Below, one piece after another: positions 27,467 to 41,412 of a stretch of DNA of 64,000 bases. The stretch is from Camelus ferus (lineage: Eukaryota): the NCBI RefSeq assembly GCF_009834535.1, contig NC_045697.1, positions 59,336,001-59,400,000 on the forward strand, written 5' to 3'. How positions within the stretch are numbered: the first letter of the stretch is position 1; each line of letters begins with the position of its first letter. Position numbers and translations under genes: made by a program. The notes below the pieces were generated by a model that saw only the letters and a list, made by a program, of their open reading frames with translations, searched no databases and was not told where the DNA came from.

Positions 27467-27888
27467 TATATTAGTCAGGGTTCTCCACATAAACAGAACC
27501 AATAGGATGTATATCTAGCTCATGTGGATTCTGGAAGCTGACAAGTCCCAACATCTGCAGGATGAGTCAGCAAACAGAAGATCCAGGAAAGCCATTGTTT
27601 CAGTTGAGGTGGAAGGCAAGAAAAATCCATGTCCTAGATTGGAGGAAGTCATACAGGAGGAATCCTCCTTTACTCTAGGAGTATCAGATTTTTGTTTTAT
27701 TTGAAGACACCCCCCTCCCCCCATACACACACTCACATTAGGGAGGGCAATCTGCTTTATTCAGTCTACCCATTCAAATGTTGATCTCTTCCAGAAACAT
27801 CCTCTCAGACACATCCAGAATAATGTTTGACCAAACGTCTGAGTTCCCTGGGGCCCAGTCAAGTTGACACATGAAATTAGCCACCACA
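27467..27888 (-). mobile_element. ERVL solo LTR (MLT2-like)
   Basis: 'tattagtcagggttctccacataaacagaaccaatagga' ... 'cccagtcaagttgacacatgaaattagccaccaca'; 5-bp TSD ctaat/ctaac. Confidence 0.9.
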
Positions 27889-29269
27889 CTAACATCATTT
27901 CATAAGGAATGTGATCTCTATGACAAGTATTTGAAATTTGTTGAGAATATATTTATGGCCAATTTGTGATCATAATTCATTCTGGCTTGAGAATAATACG
28001 TATTCTCTAACTGTTGGGTAAATTTTAAAGTGTGTTTAGGGATGGGTGTTGTGGTTGAGTGTGTGTAAATATATGACTTTGAACAGGATAGTGATTTCAG
28101 TACATAGAAAACCTTGAGCCATCTTTGTTTAAAATTCATTGTGGCTAGGAACTTCAGAACTCAAACCAACAAAAATGATGTTAGACCTCTGGTCTTATCA
28201 ATTATGTACTGCACTTTTATTAATCAAATTTTATATTTAAAAGCAATTGAGGATCTATCCCTTAATCATTTATTTAGTGTTGTATTCATGATATTATCTG
28301 CATGATCAATTTCCTTTTTCTCTGTCAAGTGTCCTTTCTGGTTTCTACAAGCTAAATGTTGGAAACATAGAAGAGAGAAAGGGACATGCTTACTTTCTGC
28401 TCTCCACAATTGTAGCTTTTCCCTGAAGCAAAGAATACAGAATGGCCAGGGTGAGTGGATGGAGAGTCTGGGAAATTGTGGAGAAAGAAGAAATAAAGGG
28501 AAAAATAAATCCCCAAATATTTTTGAAAAGTTATTAAGTTAGGTAGAACTTTCTTCCCCTACAACTAGGGTAAATTGGCCATGCCTGTGCTCCTTCTGAA
28601 TATGAATATGCCTTCACAAATTTACATTCTTTTCAAATTTGTTTTGAGATGAGTTTACCTATTTGTCTCACGTGGACCTTTGGTCCATGTAGGGCTGAGA
28701 CTGTAACATAAGTTAGCAGGGAGGTGTCTGGGGGCAGCCTAAGTCCCTTGTTGTTACCAATAACATGATCCATACTAATTTTGAAACTTAAACATAAGTA
28801 AGCAAATGAGACTCATAATGCTCTGAGTCTAATACTTCTGCTGCTGTCTTGCTGTGCTTCAGTTGGCAACTTGAGTTTCAGACTGAAAATTATCATTGAA
28901 GTGTTTTAACCCTAGACACAATGAATAATTCCATGATTTAATGATTTCTTTTTCATGAGAACATTAGCGATGTGTATTTCTCAGACAGCTTAATCCTACT
29001 CTGATCGTATCTTTCCCTTTGTTATCTCTGGTAGGTATACAAGCTTTGCTACTTGTTATGAAAAAAAGGAGAGTAAAACTCTATCCGTATATATTTCAAA
29101 TATGACAAGTAACTACTGGAAGCTTATTTATTCTTCAGCAACATTTTTCATATTCTTTCTGCCTAATTTTAGTCATATACAGTATTACAATTGGCCAAAT
29201 TTACATCTTGGAACCCAAAGAAGAATTATTTTGTGTGCTTCACTTAGATCTCTGAGTATTCCTTTCCCT

Positions 29270-29655
29270 CATGTGTGTGGAGGGCACCACTTTGTTTGCT
29301 TTTGCTTTCAATAGCTAGAAGCATTTAAGTAGGAAAGACTGCCCTTGCATTTTGAAGGCCTCTTTGCCCACTTGGATAATGCTACTTAAAAAATGACTGA
29401 TGGAGGCTGGTGTTTGCAAGCCCCAGCCCCCTTGCTTTGGCTGAGGACGACTGTGAGGCACAGCTTACACTCCAGAATATCTCTATGGGGTCAGGCGGAA
29501 GCTGCCATTCTGGGACTTGGGCTCAGATGACCTGCCTACTGTTCCTCCTCCTGCTTTCCTTACTGCTTTAATGGTTTCCCCAAGAGCCTTTCCTTTTAAA
29601 TCATTTGCACATAGATCCTCAAATCTAGGTCTGCTTCTGGATACTTAGCATAAAT
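29270..29655 (+). mobile_element. ERVL LTR (LTR16-like)
   Basis: 'ccccagcccccttgctttggctgaggacgactgtgaggcacagcttacactccaga' ... 'aaatcatttgcacatagatcctcaaatctaggtctgcttctgg'. Confidence 0.7.
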
Positions 29656-31050
29656 ATATTTAACCTTAAAAATCATAGGTCAAATGAATCTTTTGTCTCA
29701 TCTTTAATTTGATGAAAAGTGTACCTGAGTTTACTCTTTAGAGTCTCTAATAGTCTGTTTTGAGGCTTCATTTCTGCAGTACAAATAGTAACACTACTTT
29801 ACGCTTGGTGTTTCATTCATAATTTATCAATGAATTCCTAGTATACAGATGATTTAAAAGCCATAGCATTTCAAAGCCCCATTTTATCAACAGAGATATA
29901 ATAAACTGAACTTGAGAGTACCAGAAATTACCAGGATTGTCTGATGTGTACTACAGAATGTGCAGTCATTTATTCCTGTTGAGTTCTATGTGAGAATGTG
30001 AAATTCTTTCAGACTTCATGGTCATTTTCAGAATTCTCAGACTGTGGAAATAAACTGACAATCAGTCCTATTAGCATTAATACAGCTAGACAGGTCACTG
30101 AGAAAAGCTGCAAAAACTAAATATTGCTTTTTTCTTTAGAGAATTTTTTACATAGTATATGGCTAGGGAGATGGTACTCTTCAATAAAAGCAAAAATTAG
30201 TCATTTGATATTGACTAAGCGCAAATATTTGTAGTGGGTCAAGCTTACTGGTGGTTTCCTAGGAGGAGAGTGTACTGCTGGGAGAAACCAAACAGGAAAA
30301 AGAGGGTTTTTTTTTTTTACAAATGATCAAATCATAAAAAGATAAAACAGAACTTACACACCTAAAAATCATTCAGCTGCTGTCACAGAGTACAGGAGAC
30401 TGAGTAGAATAGCAAGTGAGAAAAGAGCAAAAGACAAGTAAATGAAATGAAGGTATTTAGCCAGATGGAAGAAATACTTATTTCAGTCTATCACAGTGGT
30501 CATAATATGATGTTATATGGAACAAATTTGAGTTATAAAATTATAAATCACTCATTTATAGGTTAACTCAATTTTTTATTGTAAAACCTAGATTCCATTT
30601 ACTTTCTAAACATCTATTCAGTACTTAACGAAGTTCATTTCTACTCAGGCCACAAAGAAAGTCTTGGTAAATTATAAACATTCAAGACTGTGTAAGTCAT
30701 GTTTTATATTATATTTATTTATTATATATATTTATATATATACAGATCTATGAGGTTATTTGAAAAAAAAAGACATAATAAATAAAAAATCTACTGGGTG
30801 AAAAAAGGAGATACAAAGTATAATTTTAATTGCAGGCCATCAGCTTCCCTCCATTTTAGAGCATTCAAAACTAAATATGTGCATGATTTATTAAGAAAGA
30901 TAATATGACCCCATATAAAAACACTGATGAATAAATATGATTTTTTGTTTTAGGTAAAATTACATTATAAATATATGAAGCGCTTTCTTATATATGTATG
31001 TGAACTTAATTCCATATAATTGAACAACTACTGGTCCCATTTGTGTTGAA

Positions 31051-34000
31051 GTATTAGGCAAAATTCTAAGGTTATCCTCAATAACTCTTGCCCTTGTATA
31101 ATGTCTTCCCCATGGATGTGAATAGAACCTTTGAGTACAATACATGATCATATTATATTGTACAGCAAAAAGGAAAATTTCTAGATTGGGCCTGACTTAA
31201 GCAAGTTTTTTAAAAGCAGAGAGTTTCCTCTGGCAGATAATAGACAAAGAAGTCAGACAGATATACCTCTCCTGGCCTTGAAGACATAAATGGTCAGGCT
31301 TTCAACTGCTTATGAGGACCGTTTCTCAAGGAATACTGTTTGGCCTCTGGAACCTTAGAGCAACCCATAGTAGAGCCACAAGAAAGCTTACCCATGCAAG
31401 GAGATGCATTCTGCCCAACCCCAGAGGGGCTGGAAGCAGGCTCTTTCTGAGTCAAGTAATTCTGAGGTGAGAATGCAGACTGGCTGACACTGATTTTTCA
31501 AAGTCTGATTTATGTTTTATTTTATTTTTATTTATTCATTTTTTCATTTAAGTTAGTTGATTTACAATATTATATTAGTTTCAGATGTACCACATAGTGA
31601 TTCAGTATTTTTATAGATTGCACTCCATTTAAAGTCATTACAGCATAATGACTGTATTTCCCTGTGCTGTTCAATACATCCTTGTTGCTTATTTATTTTA
31701 TATATAGTAGTTTTTATCTCTTAATCCCATACCCTTATTTTGTCCTCCCCTTTCTTCTCCCCACTGGTAACCACTAGTTTGTTCTCTGTATCTGTGAGTC
31801 TGTTTCTGTTTTGATGTATACATTTATTTGTTTAATTTTTTACATTCTACATATAAGTGATGACATAGAGTTTTGTGTCTTTCTCTGTCTGACTTACTTC
31901 ACATAGCATTATACCCTCTAGGTCTACCCACATTGTTGCAATGGTAGAATTTCGTGTTTTTTGTTTTTTTAATGGCTGAGTAGTATTGCATTGTATACAT
32001 ATACCACATCTTCTTTATCCATTCATCTATTGATGGACACTTTCATATCTTGGCTATTGTGAATAATACTGCTGTGAACATTGGAGTGAATGTATCTTTT
32101 TAATCAGTGTTTTCATTTTCTTCAGTTTATACCTAGTGGTGGAATTTCTGGGTCATATGGTAGTTCTATTTTTAGTTTCTTGAGGAAACAGCATACTGTT
32201 TTCAATAGAGGCTGCATCAATTTACATTCCAACCAACAGTGTACTAGGGTTCTATTTTCTCTACATCCTTGCTAACATTTGTTATTTTTAGACTGTTTGA
32301 TGATAGGCATTTTGACAGGTGTGAGGTGATATCTCATTATGGTATTAATTTGCATTTCTCTGATGATTAGCGATGTTGAACATTTTTCTTGTGCCTGTTG
32401 GCCATCTGTATATCTTCTTTGGAAAAATGTCTATTCAGGTTTTCTGCTCATTTTTCACTTGGGTTGTTTGTTTGTTTGTTTTTTAATATTGAGTTATATG
32501 AGCTGTTCATATATTTTGGATATTAACTCCTTATTGGTCATATCATTGGCAAATATTTTCTCCTACTCAGTAGGATGTCCTTTCATTTTGTCAATGGTTT
32601 CCTTTGCTGTGCAAAAGCTTTTAAGTTTAATTAGGTACCATTTGCTTATTTTTGTTTTTGTTCCTTTTGCCTTAGGAGACAGATTCAAAAAATATTGCTA
32701 CAATGTATTTCAAAGACTGTACTCTGTTTTTTTTTTCCCTAGGAGCTTTATGGTTTCCAGTCTTATATTTAGGTCTTTGATTCATTTAGAGTTTATTTTT
32801 GTATATTTTGTATTTGACAAAATATTCAAATTTGTTCTTTACATGTAACTGTCCAGTTTTCTAGCACCATTTGTTGAAGAGACTGTCTTTTCTCCATTGT
32901 ATATTTTTGCCTCCTTTGTCATAGATTAATTACACATAAGTGTATGGGTTTATTTCTGGTCTCTCTATTCTATTCCATTAATCTGTATATCTGTTTTTGT
33001 GATAGTGCCATGTTGTTTTGATTACTGTAGCTTTGTAGTATAATCTGAAGTCAGGGAGTGTGATACCTCCAACTTTGTTCTTTTTTCTCAAGATTGCTTT
33101 GTCAATTTGGGGTCTTTTGTAATTGCATATAAATTTTAGGGTTATTTGTTCTAGTTCTGTGAAAAATGTCACTGTATTTGATAGGGATTGCATTAAATAT
33201 GTAGATTACTTTTGGTAATATGGACATTTTAACAATATTAATTCCTCCAATCCAAGAATACAGACTATCTTTTCATTTTTTTTGTACCATCTTCAATTTC
33301 CTTCATCAGTGTTTTATAGTTGTCAGAATATAGGTCTTTTACCTCCTTGGTTTAGTTTATTCCTGGGTATTTTATTCTTTTTCATGTGATTTTAAACGGG
33401 ATTGTTTTCTTGCATTCTCTTTTTGATAGCTTCTTTATTAATATATAGAAAAGCAAATATCTTTGTATATTAATCTTGTATCCTGAAATTTTACTGAATT
33501 CATTTATTAGTTCTAATAGTTTTTTGGTGGATACTTTAGGGTTTTCTATATATATTATCATATCATCTGAAAATAGTGACAGTTTCACTTCTCTTCCAAT
33601 TTGTATCACTTTTATTTCTTTTTCTTCTTTGATTGCTGTGGCTAGAACTGCCAATACCTAGAAGAAGTTAAAGAAGAAGCAGTTAAAGTGAGCAGCTGTG
33701 TCTTACTTCTGATCTAAGAGGAAAGGCTTTCAGCTTTTCACTCTTGAGTATGTTAGCTGTGGGTCATAAATGGCCTTTATTATGTTGAGATGTTTCCTCT
33801 ATACCAACTTTGATGGGAGTTTTTTATCATGAGAGGATGCTGAATTTGGTCAAATGCTTTTCCTGTGTCTACTGAGATGATCATGTGATTTTTATCTTTC
33901 TTCTTTTAATGTGATACATCATGTTGATTTTTGGATACTGAACTATCCTTTTGACCCTGGAATAAATCCCACTTGATCATGGTATATGAACATTTTTATA

Positions 34001-35294
34001 TATTGTTGAATTCAGTTTGCTAAAATTTTGTTGAGGATTTTCGTATCTACATTCATTAGAGATACTAGCTTGGAATTTTCTTTCTTTATGGTGTCTTTGT
34101 CTGGTTTTGGTATCAAGGTAATTGTGGCCTTATAGAATGAATTTGAAAGTATTCCCTCCTCTTCAATTTTTTGGAATAGTGTGAGAAGGACAGATATTAG
34201 GACTTCTTTATACATTTGTTAAAATTCTGCAGTTAAGCGGTCTGGTTCTGGACCTTTTCTGCTGTGTTTTGTTTTTTTTTTTTAATTGCAAATTCAATTT
34301 CAGTGCTTAATGATTAGTCTATTGAGATTATCTGTTTCTTCCTGATTCAGTTTTGGGGGAGATTGTATCTTTCTAGAAACCTGTCTATTTTTCTAGGTTG
34401 TCCAATTTGTTTGCATATAACTGTTCATCATACTCTCTCATGACTTTTTGTATTTCTGTGGTATTGGTTGTTATTTTTCCTCTCTCATTTCTTATTTTTT
34501 TTTATTTGGGTCCTCTTTCTTTTTTTCTTGATGAGCCTGGCTAAAGGTTTATCAATTTTGTTTATATTTTCATAAGACCTGCTCTTGGTTTTATTGATTT
34601 TTTTTTATTTTTTTAGGGGGGGGTCTTAACTTTATTTCTTTTCTCTCTGATCCTTATTATTTCCTACCTTCTGCTAACTTTTGACTTTTTTCCCCTACTC
34701 TTTCTAATTCCTTCAGATGGTAGGTTAAGTTGTTTATTTGAGATTTCTTTTGTTTCTTTAGGTAGGCTTGCATGGCTATAAACTTCCCTCTTAGAAGTGC
34801 TTTTGCTGCATCCCATAGATTTCAGAAAGTTGTGTTTTCATTTTCATTTGTCTCATGGTATTTTCTGATTTCCTCTTTGAATTCTTCATTGACTTTTTTT
34901 TAATAGCATGCTGATCATTTTCCATGTGTTTGTGTTTCTCCCATTTTTCTTTCTATAATTGATTTCTAGTTTCATACTGTTGTGGTCAGAAAAAATGTTT
35001 GATATAATTTCTGTCTTCTTAAATTCGTTAAGACTTCTTTTGTGGCTTAGCATGTAATCTGTTCTGGAGAACTTTCCATGTGCACTTGAAAAGAATGTGT
35101 ACTCTGCTGTTTTTGGAAGGAATGTCCTGTGTGAAGACCAACTGGTCTTCTGTAGGTTGACATTTTGATTTCAGCTTTTAAGACCTTGAGCACTCACAAT
35201 CCTGACTCATAGAAAACATGAGATAATAAATTACTATTGTTTTAAGTTGTTATATATATAGTAATTTGTTACACAGAGATAGAAAACTAATACA
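31051..35294 (+). mobile_element. MLT1E-like MaLR LTR split by an L1 insertion (halves 31051-31495 and 35155-35294)
   Basis: Start 'tattaggcaaaattctaag...cccttgtataatgtcttccc'; end 'gagataataaattactattgttttaag...gtaatttgttacacagagatagaaaactaataca'. Confidence 0.8.
31505..35150 (-). mobile_element. 5'-truncated L1 (~3.6 kb; degenerate ORF2 RT and C-terminal region, 3' UTR)
   Basis: ORF-track fragments match L1 ORF2p: [76 protein letters not shown]. Confidence 0.95.
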
Positions 35295-35784
35295 ATTGGA
35301 TAAGTGGTATCTTTGTCAAGCCATTAACAAATTCTACTTTTGTTTTTTCTGAATTCATAACCATGGTAAGCCCTAAGGCTGTGGCAAGAAGGACTTTTGT
35401 TTGGGTTACACACAAAATGAAATATTGATTATTCATCAAAATGATATTTTAGAAGTATATTTTTGATGTAAAATTATGTTCTAAGTATACTGTTAATAAA
35501 AACAGATTCTAAACATATTTAGTACTTAATTCCTTTTTATTCTTCATATGTGTTTATATGGTTATAAGCATATATGCATGTAGAGGTGACTTATTTATAT
35601 TTTCTTATTTTCTATAATAAATATCGTGTAATTAAAAAATGTAACTAAGCAAGCTAATCAAACACTGTCCTATCAGCATTTTATGATATTTAATGTGAGG
35701 TCCTGGACTTTTACTTTCCTTTCCCTTTTCAAAAAATTTCAAGATTATTATTTTCATTAAACTGCTAAAGATGTTTGTAATACC

Positions 35785-36279
35785 TGTTTATTAGTCAGAG
35801 TTCTCCAGAGAAACAGAAGCAATAGGATATATAAGAGGAGATTTATACTAAGAATTGTCTCACACAGTTAGGAAGGCATGAGTTTCACAAGCTGCTGTCT
35901 TGCAAGGTGGAGAATGAGGAAAGCTGGTTGTGTACTTCAGTCTGAATTCAAAGGTCTGAGAACCAGCTGATGTAGATTCTGGAGTCAGAAAGCTAGAGAA
36001 CCAGCAGCTCTGATGTCCTAGGGCAGGAAAAGATGATGTCCCAGATCAAGAAAATAAAGAGAAAATTTGCCCTTCCTTCATCTTTTTGTTGTATTTAGAC
36101 CCTCAGCGGATTGGATGATGCCCTCACATAATTGTGAGGGATGAATCTCTTTTCTCTGTCTGCTGGATCAAATGCTGGTATCTTCCAGACCCTCAAGAAC
36201 ACACCCCCAAATAACGTTTTACCAGCTATCTGGGCATCCTTTAGCCCAGGCAAGTTGACCCATAAATTTAGCCATCACA
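35785..36279 (-). mobile_element. ERVL solo LTR (MLT2-like)
   Basis: 'ttagtcagagttctccagagaaacagaagcaatagga' ... 'ccaggcaagttgacccataaatttagccatcaca'. Confidence 0.9.
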
Positions 36280-37559
36280 AATTGTTTAATATATCAAAAT
36301 AATGCTTATAAATAGGGGTCACCCTCAAACCACATATTGAACAGAAAGGCCACAAAATAAGTCCCATGGTAGATCTGTCATATACAAATCAATACCAAGG
36401 ATGTATTAATGCCTCAACAGCACTCTTACAAGCACTGGGGACAACAGTGAGGCAACGTGTCCTTGTCTGATTGATGTTAGAATACTGTTTATGCACTGTA
36501 CACATTTCTTTGTACTGTATTTACATAGCTTAATGGGGTTTAGAAAGGTCAGAATCAGCGCTGTAGACATTTGAAACTGTGAATTACATACAGAGGGATT
36601 GTTGAATTCTTAATTATATTATTCAAAGGTTTACACAAGTCTAGTTTCTACCAAAGAATATAGGGCTTTTGGTATCGATTAATTTAAAACTTGTATTTTT
36701 ACTTGTTTTTCATACCTCTATATCAAATGAGAAATTACTACATGCCAGGTTCACATCAAATAAAAGTCTTATCCTCTCTTGTTATTCTATATTTTCCTAT
36801 AGTGTATTTGACTTCTTTCTTTCTCTAATTGGTGAACACCAAGAATTATCACTGGAACAAGATGAATGTGTTTTCTGAAAGTATTATGGGAAGACTTTGG
36901 AAATGGAATGCTAACTGAATAATGATACTGATTATTTTAAATTACTTTCCATTACTTTTTAAGTTTCTCATCTGCATTTTAAAATAATCCCAGAATGAGG
37001 CATAGAAAGAATTGAAGTTCCAAGTGACTTAAAGAAAAATGACTATGCCAATAGGAATTATGCAGAAAGTTTGCAACAACAAAACAAGCAAAAATTTTTC
37101 CAATCACAGTGACTTTATGCTGGTTCCCATTAGAGTACATGTAAGAATAAAGTTTCCTGCTTTTAGTTGAAACAATATTATTCTCTGCTGGGAGAGGTTT
37201 GTTCTTCATCTACAAATCTTATGAATTAGAAGGTAATAGGTGAATAAGTCAGAACGGAAGTGAGTCTTTACCAAGTAAGCAATTTCTTTGCAACTTTAAT
37301 GGAAAGTGAATGTTTGAGAGGCAGATGAGTTTTCAAAACCATTTTAAGTTTTAAGTTTTAATACGTTTTGCCTGACTGCTTTTGTGAGGATAAAGCATAA
37401 GATGTTTTGGTAACCTTAGGCTGACCATTAGACTGAAAACATTGTTTTAGTTCAAGAATAAAATATTAATGAACAGAAATTGTTGGATGATCACAATAAT
37501 AACATACACCATACGGTGCTAAAAAGATAGCTAACATGTAGGTTGAAAGAACAGAATTT

Positions 37560-38550
37560 AGAAGACTTTTGACAGGTTAAATTGAATGAGATAAAATTTA
37601 CTGTATATAAATATATAGCTTTTTATAGATCCAATAATAGAACTATAAAGTGAAGATTTAGGGAGATCTGACTGACAGAAGTTTGTGAGAATGAATTTTG
37701 AGTTTTGCACTGTTCTTGCCTCTACTAGAGCAGCAAGATTCCTAATATTGTCTGCCCAAGTTTATGCCACCTTAAACTATATTAATACTGGTGTGGTCCT
37801 TAGATAAAGTGAGAAGATCAATCCTTAGGGTTCCTCAAGTTTGGACCCCAGTTATACCACATCTCACCTATTGTATTCAATTCTGAAAAGTTGCAGTGTA
37901 CACATAGAAGAATACAAAAGACAGTGAAGACACCTCAATTCCTGATTATGAAAAGTGGCTGAATAAAATGTACTTGTTTGAGAAATAAAGATTTAAAGAT
38001 AATATGAGAGCTGTATTATTACAGTACAATAGTTAGCTTTAAGAGCTATGCATCCAGGATCCTTGGATTTGATCCAGTGCCATTGGGCAAGTTACTTAAC
38101 CTTTGATAAATTACTTCAATATCCTTTCCCATTTCCTCACATCTATAAAACAATATTAATAACTGGGTCTTCTTTGTAGGATTGTTGTTAACATTAAAAG
38201 ATATGTGCAAAGCATATAGAACTGTTCCTGGAAGAAATTACTCAATGATTTTTAGTTATTACTATTATTGTTCTTGTTGGTACAATTGCTACTAAATATT
38301 TGGAGAGAAGCTCATGTAGAGGGGAATCAAGAACTCTGGTATCACAGGGCAGAACTATGAATGGTGGGTTAGTCTCAAAGTGAGGAAGATTAATTCAATA
38401 TGAGTCCTTGAAAACAAAGAATCATGGTCTTCCTAATGATATAATGAACTTTTATTCCCAGACGATTTTTTAAAAGCAGATATTAGGGACATATAAAAAG
38501 GAATCCCAGAATGAATGGGAGATCAAGGAGATAATCTCAATAGCTCATTT
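37560..38550 (+). mobile_element. CR1/L3 3' fragments interrupted by a MIR (38020-38270)
   Basis: L3-like 'tattgtattcaattctg', 'tatgaaaagtggctgaataaaatgtacttgttt', 'agggcagaactatgaatggtggg'; MIR core 'gggcaagttacttaacct...tttcctcacatctataaaac'. Confidence 0.6.
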
Positions 38551-40999
38551 TGGCATTAGAAATCTTGTATTTGCAAAATGTTTTAGATAAACATTTTCTG
38601 CTTGAGAAAATAAATACGTAAAGTATAGGTCAATTATACCTCAATGAAGCTGGGAAAAAAGAAATAAAATAAAATATAGAATATTTAACTTATGAAAAGA
38701 GAAATCGTATATATTATGACTTAAATATACTTTTATTTGTTACTAAGAAGCTGTTGGTTTGTATTTTATGTTAAGTAATATTGCTGTGAAGTCATTCTGA
38801 GCCCTGACCAAAAGCAAAGATGGCATCGATAAAGCAACCTTTCAAATTGTTGTGGCAGTGAGTCTGAGTCAAGAGTTTAGTTGACAAAGAGAAAAATTTG
38901 ATTCTCCATTCTTGGATGCTTTGAGAAACCACATTTATGAATATAAGAATCCTCATATGTAAAAAAGACTATTAACTGTCTACTTTTCCAAGTTTTTTGA
39001 AAAAATAACAATCATATACACAATGATTACTCACATGTTAACTTACCTATGTGGGTATTTTTAGAGAGTTTCATTTAATGGTAAAATTATTTTTGTACTC
39101 TGATGTAAACTCACCAACTTGCCAAATGGGGGTTATCAAGTTGAAAGATATTAATTTGCATGTATATTATAAATGAAATATATTACAGCTTAAATTAGAG
39201 AGAATGGTTCCATTTTCAATAAGGAAGTCTTGAGTTTGTAACCACAGTAGAGAAACAAAGTAATGAGTACATGCTGTACATACACTAATTTGTATGTGCA
39301 GGTCATACCATATGTATGTCCACTAGCATATGCACACACACACATACACGCACACATTATTGCCTATGTGTAGCCAGAGAAGACTTCTGAATACTATTAA
39401 TAGACTGCATACATACTATCTCTTGGAAGTTACTATACATGATCTTGTTAATCCTAATCTGAGTTAAATCTGAATGGATTCATTCACAGAGAATTTTGAG
39501 ATTAAAATTCAAATTCTGTTTTTCTTTCATCTCTAGGGCATAGGAGGCAGCTGTGAAACACCATTACAATACAATGAAAGAAACAAGATTACTTTACCAC
39601 AAAACTAAATTTCTTGTAGACAAAAAGCAAAAGAACTTCGTAGATGTAGCTACCTTTTAATTTATTTGTTGACTTAGATGAGCTTTTCTCTTTAAAGCAA
39701 TGACGATGAAACCAGTGGCTTGGCACCACACACATTACAACCAATAAAAAGAAAATGAGCTAACTCCCTCAAAGGGGCATTACCCTTTTTCTGATTGAGC
39801 TCTGTGTAATGCTGTGCTCTGTGGAAATTTTAATAGTGTCACACAGTAAAGCAAGCTAAGGGACCATAAAACCCTGTACCTTTCCTGTGCTTGAACAGTA
39901 ACCTAGCGTTGGTCTTTTTGTACTGCTATGCTAAATGCAGGTGCAATTATGAGACTGAACCTAATTTAACATGTGGACCTACCAAAGTAGAATGCCAGCC
40001 AAAATCAAGTTCATATTCTGCATGCATTCTAAACTAATACATTTCACATTTGCATTTGAACAAGTATTTACCATCATACTTTTGAGGTCTACACTGTCCT
40101 ATATAGCAAAATTGCCAAAGCTCATATGAAAATTACTTTCATATTGAATTATCTTTGCATTGTTTTTGCCCTCACTGAGCTGTGCTTTTTCTTTGAGATT
40201 TGTTGCATGTGGGCAGATGTTTAATTTGGAATGATTTCTAATTTTTTTTTAAAGCTCATTATCAGAGTGCTCTTCATTTTATAAAACTACACCAGCAGAA
40301 ATGAAGATACAATTTGGTAAAAAGTAAAAATCTATTCAAATAATTCTTTTTATTTTGATGTAGAAGGAAGAATAGATGTTGAAAATATAGTGAAAGCTTG
40401 CCTAAAGTAAGGTTTCTCAGTGTAAAACTTCTTACTTGATAGCAATTAGTCTTATTTATATATGAAAACAATGTTTTTTAATCCCTTATAAATTTTAAGT
40501 TTGATAATATTAGACAGGAAAAAAAAACTATTTAGAGGTCAGAAATAATTCAATGAGGTCAATTACTATGAAACAAAAGTGTTAACATTTTATTCAAAAA
40601 GGAGTTTGAACAATATTCTTTAATATAATTTAATTATATTAAAAATATAGCAAACAGAAACTTAGAAAATGTTAAGCAAATAGAAAAGACTAGAAAAAGG
40701 AAACAAATACTCAGTTTAATCAAAAACAGTCTATATCTGTATAAATAAAGAAGGAAAATTATCAACATCGGAGATTTAGACCATGTCCATTAATGAAGTT
40801 ATTACCTTACTGAGGAGAATTATATTACTCCACCTCTTCTTCATTCAGTCATTCACTTATTCATGCTTTATTCGCTTATCCACTCAACCAACAAGTATTT
40901 ATGGAATGATGAATATATGCAATCTATCCTTGTAGATTGTAATTTTCAAAAAAAAAGTCACAAATTTTCTATAGTTGTATCCACACTGCTTGAAATATG

Positions 41000-41412
41000 A
41001 TTTTGTAGTTGGTGCTCTCCCATCATGTGTTGGAGTCTGTTTCTCCACTTATTGATTCTGAGCTGGTGGTGTAACTTGCCTTGGATGAGAGAATATGGCA
41101 CAAGCAATATTGTGCCAGTTCCAAGCATAGGCCTCAAGAGCCTCTCTGGCAAGCTTGCCCAGCTACCACAGGAACCAGGCTGAGGAAAAGCCTGCTGGAT
41201 GATGACCTTACCAGGGTCTAGTCTACTCTGTTTCCCCACACAGCAGCCAGCCAGCCCTCACAAGCACAGCTACCTCATTGGCCACAGAGCCATAAATGAA
41301 CCCACCTCAAATCAAAAGAACTGCCTGACTGTGCCCAGGCTTAGCCAACACACAGAACTGTGAGTTAAAGATTGCTGTTTTAAGACAGTGAGTTCCCAAA
41401 AGCTAACTGATA
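41000..41412 (+). mobile_element. MaLR LTR (MLT1F/G-like)
   Basis: 'tgtgccagttccaagcataggcctcaagag', 'aagaactgcctgactgtgcccag', 'ttgctgttttaag...gctaactgata'. Confidence 0.8.

Noticed and set aside
32339..32848. 169-aa hydrophobic ORF
   Set aside because: Antisense of L1 ORF2, a common source of spurious proteins.
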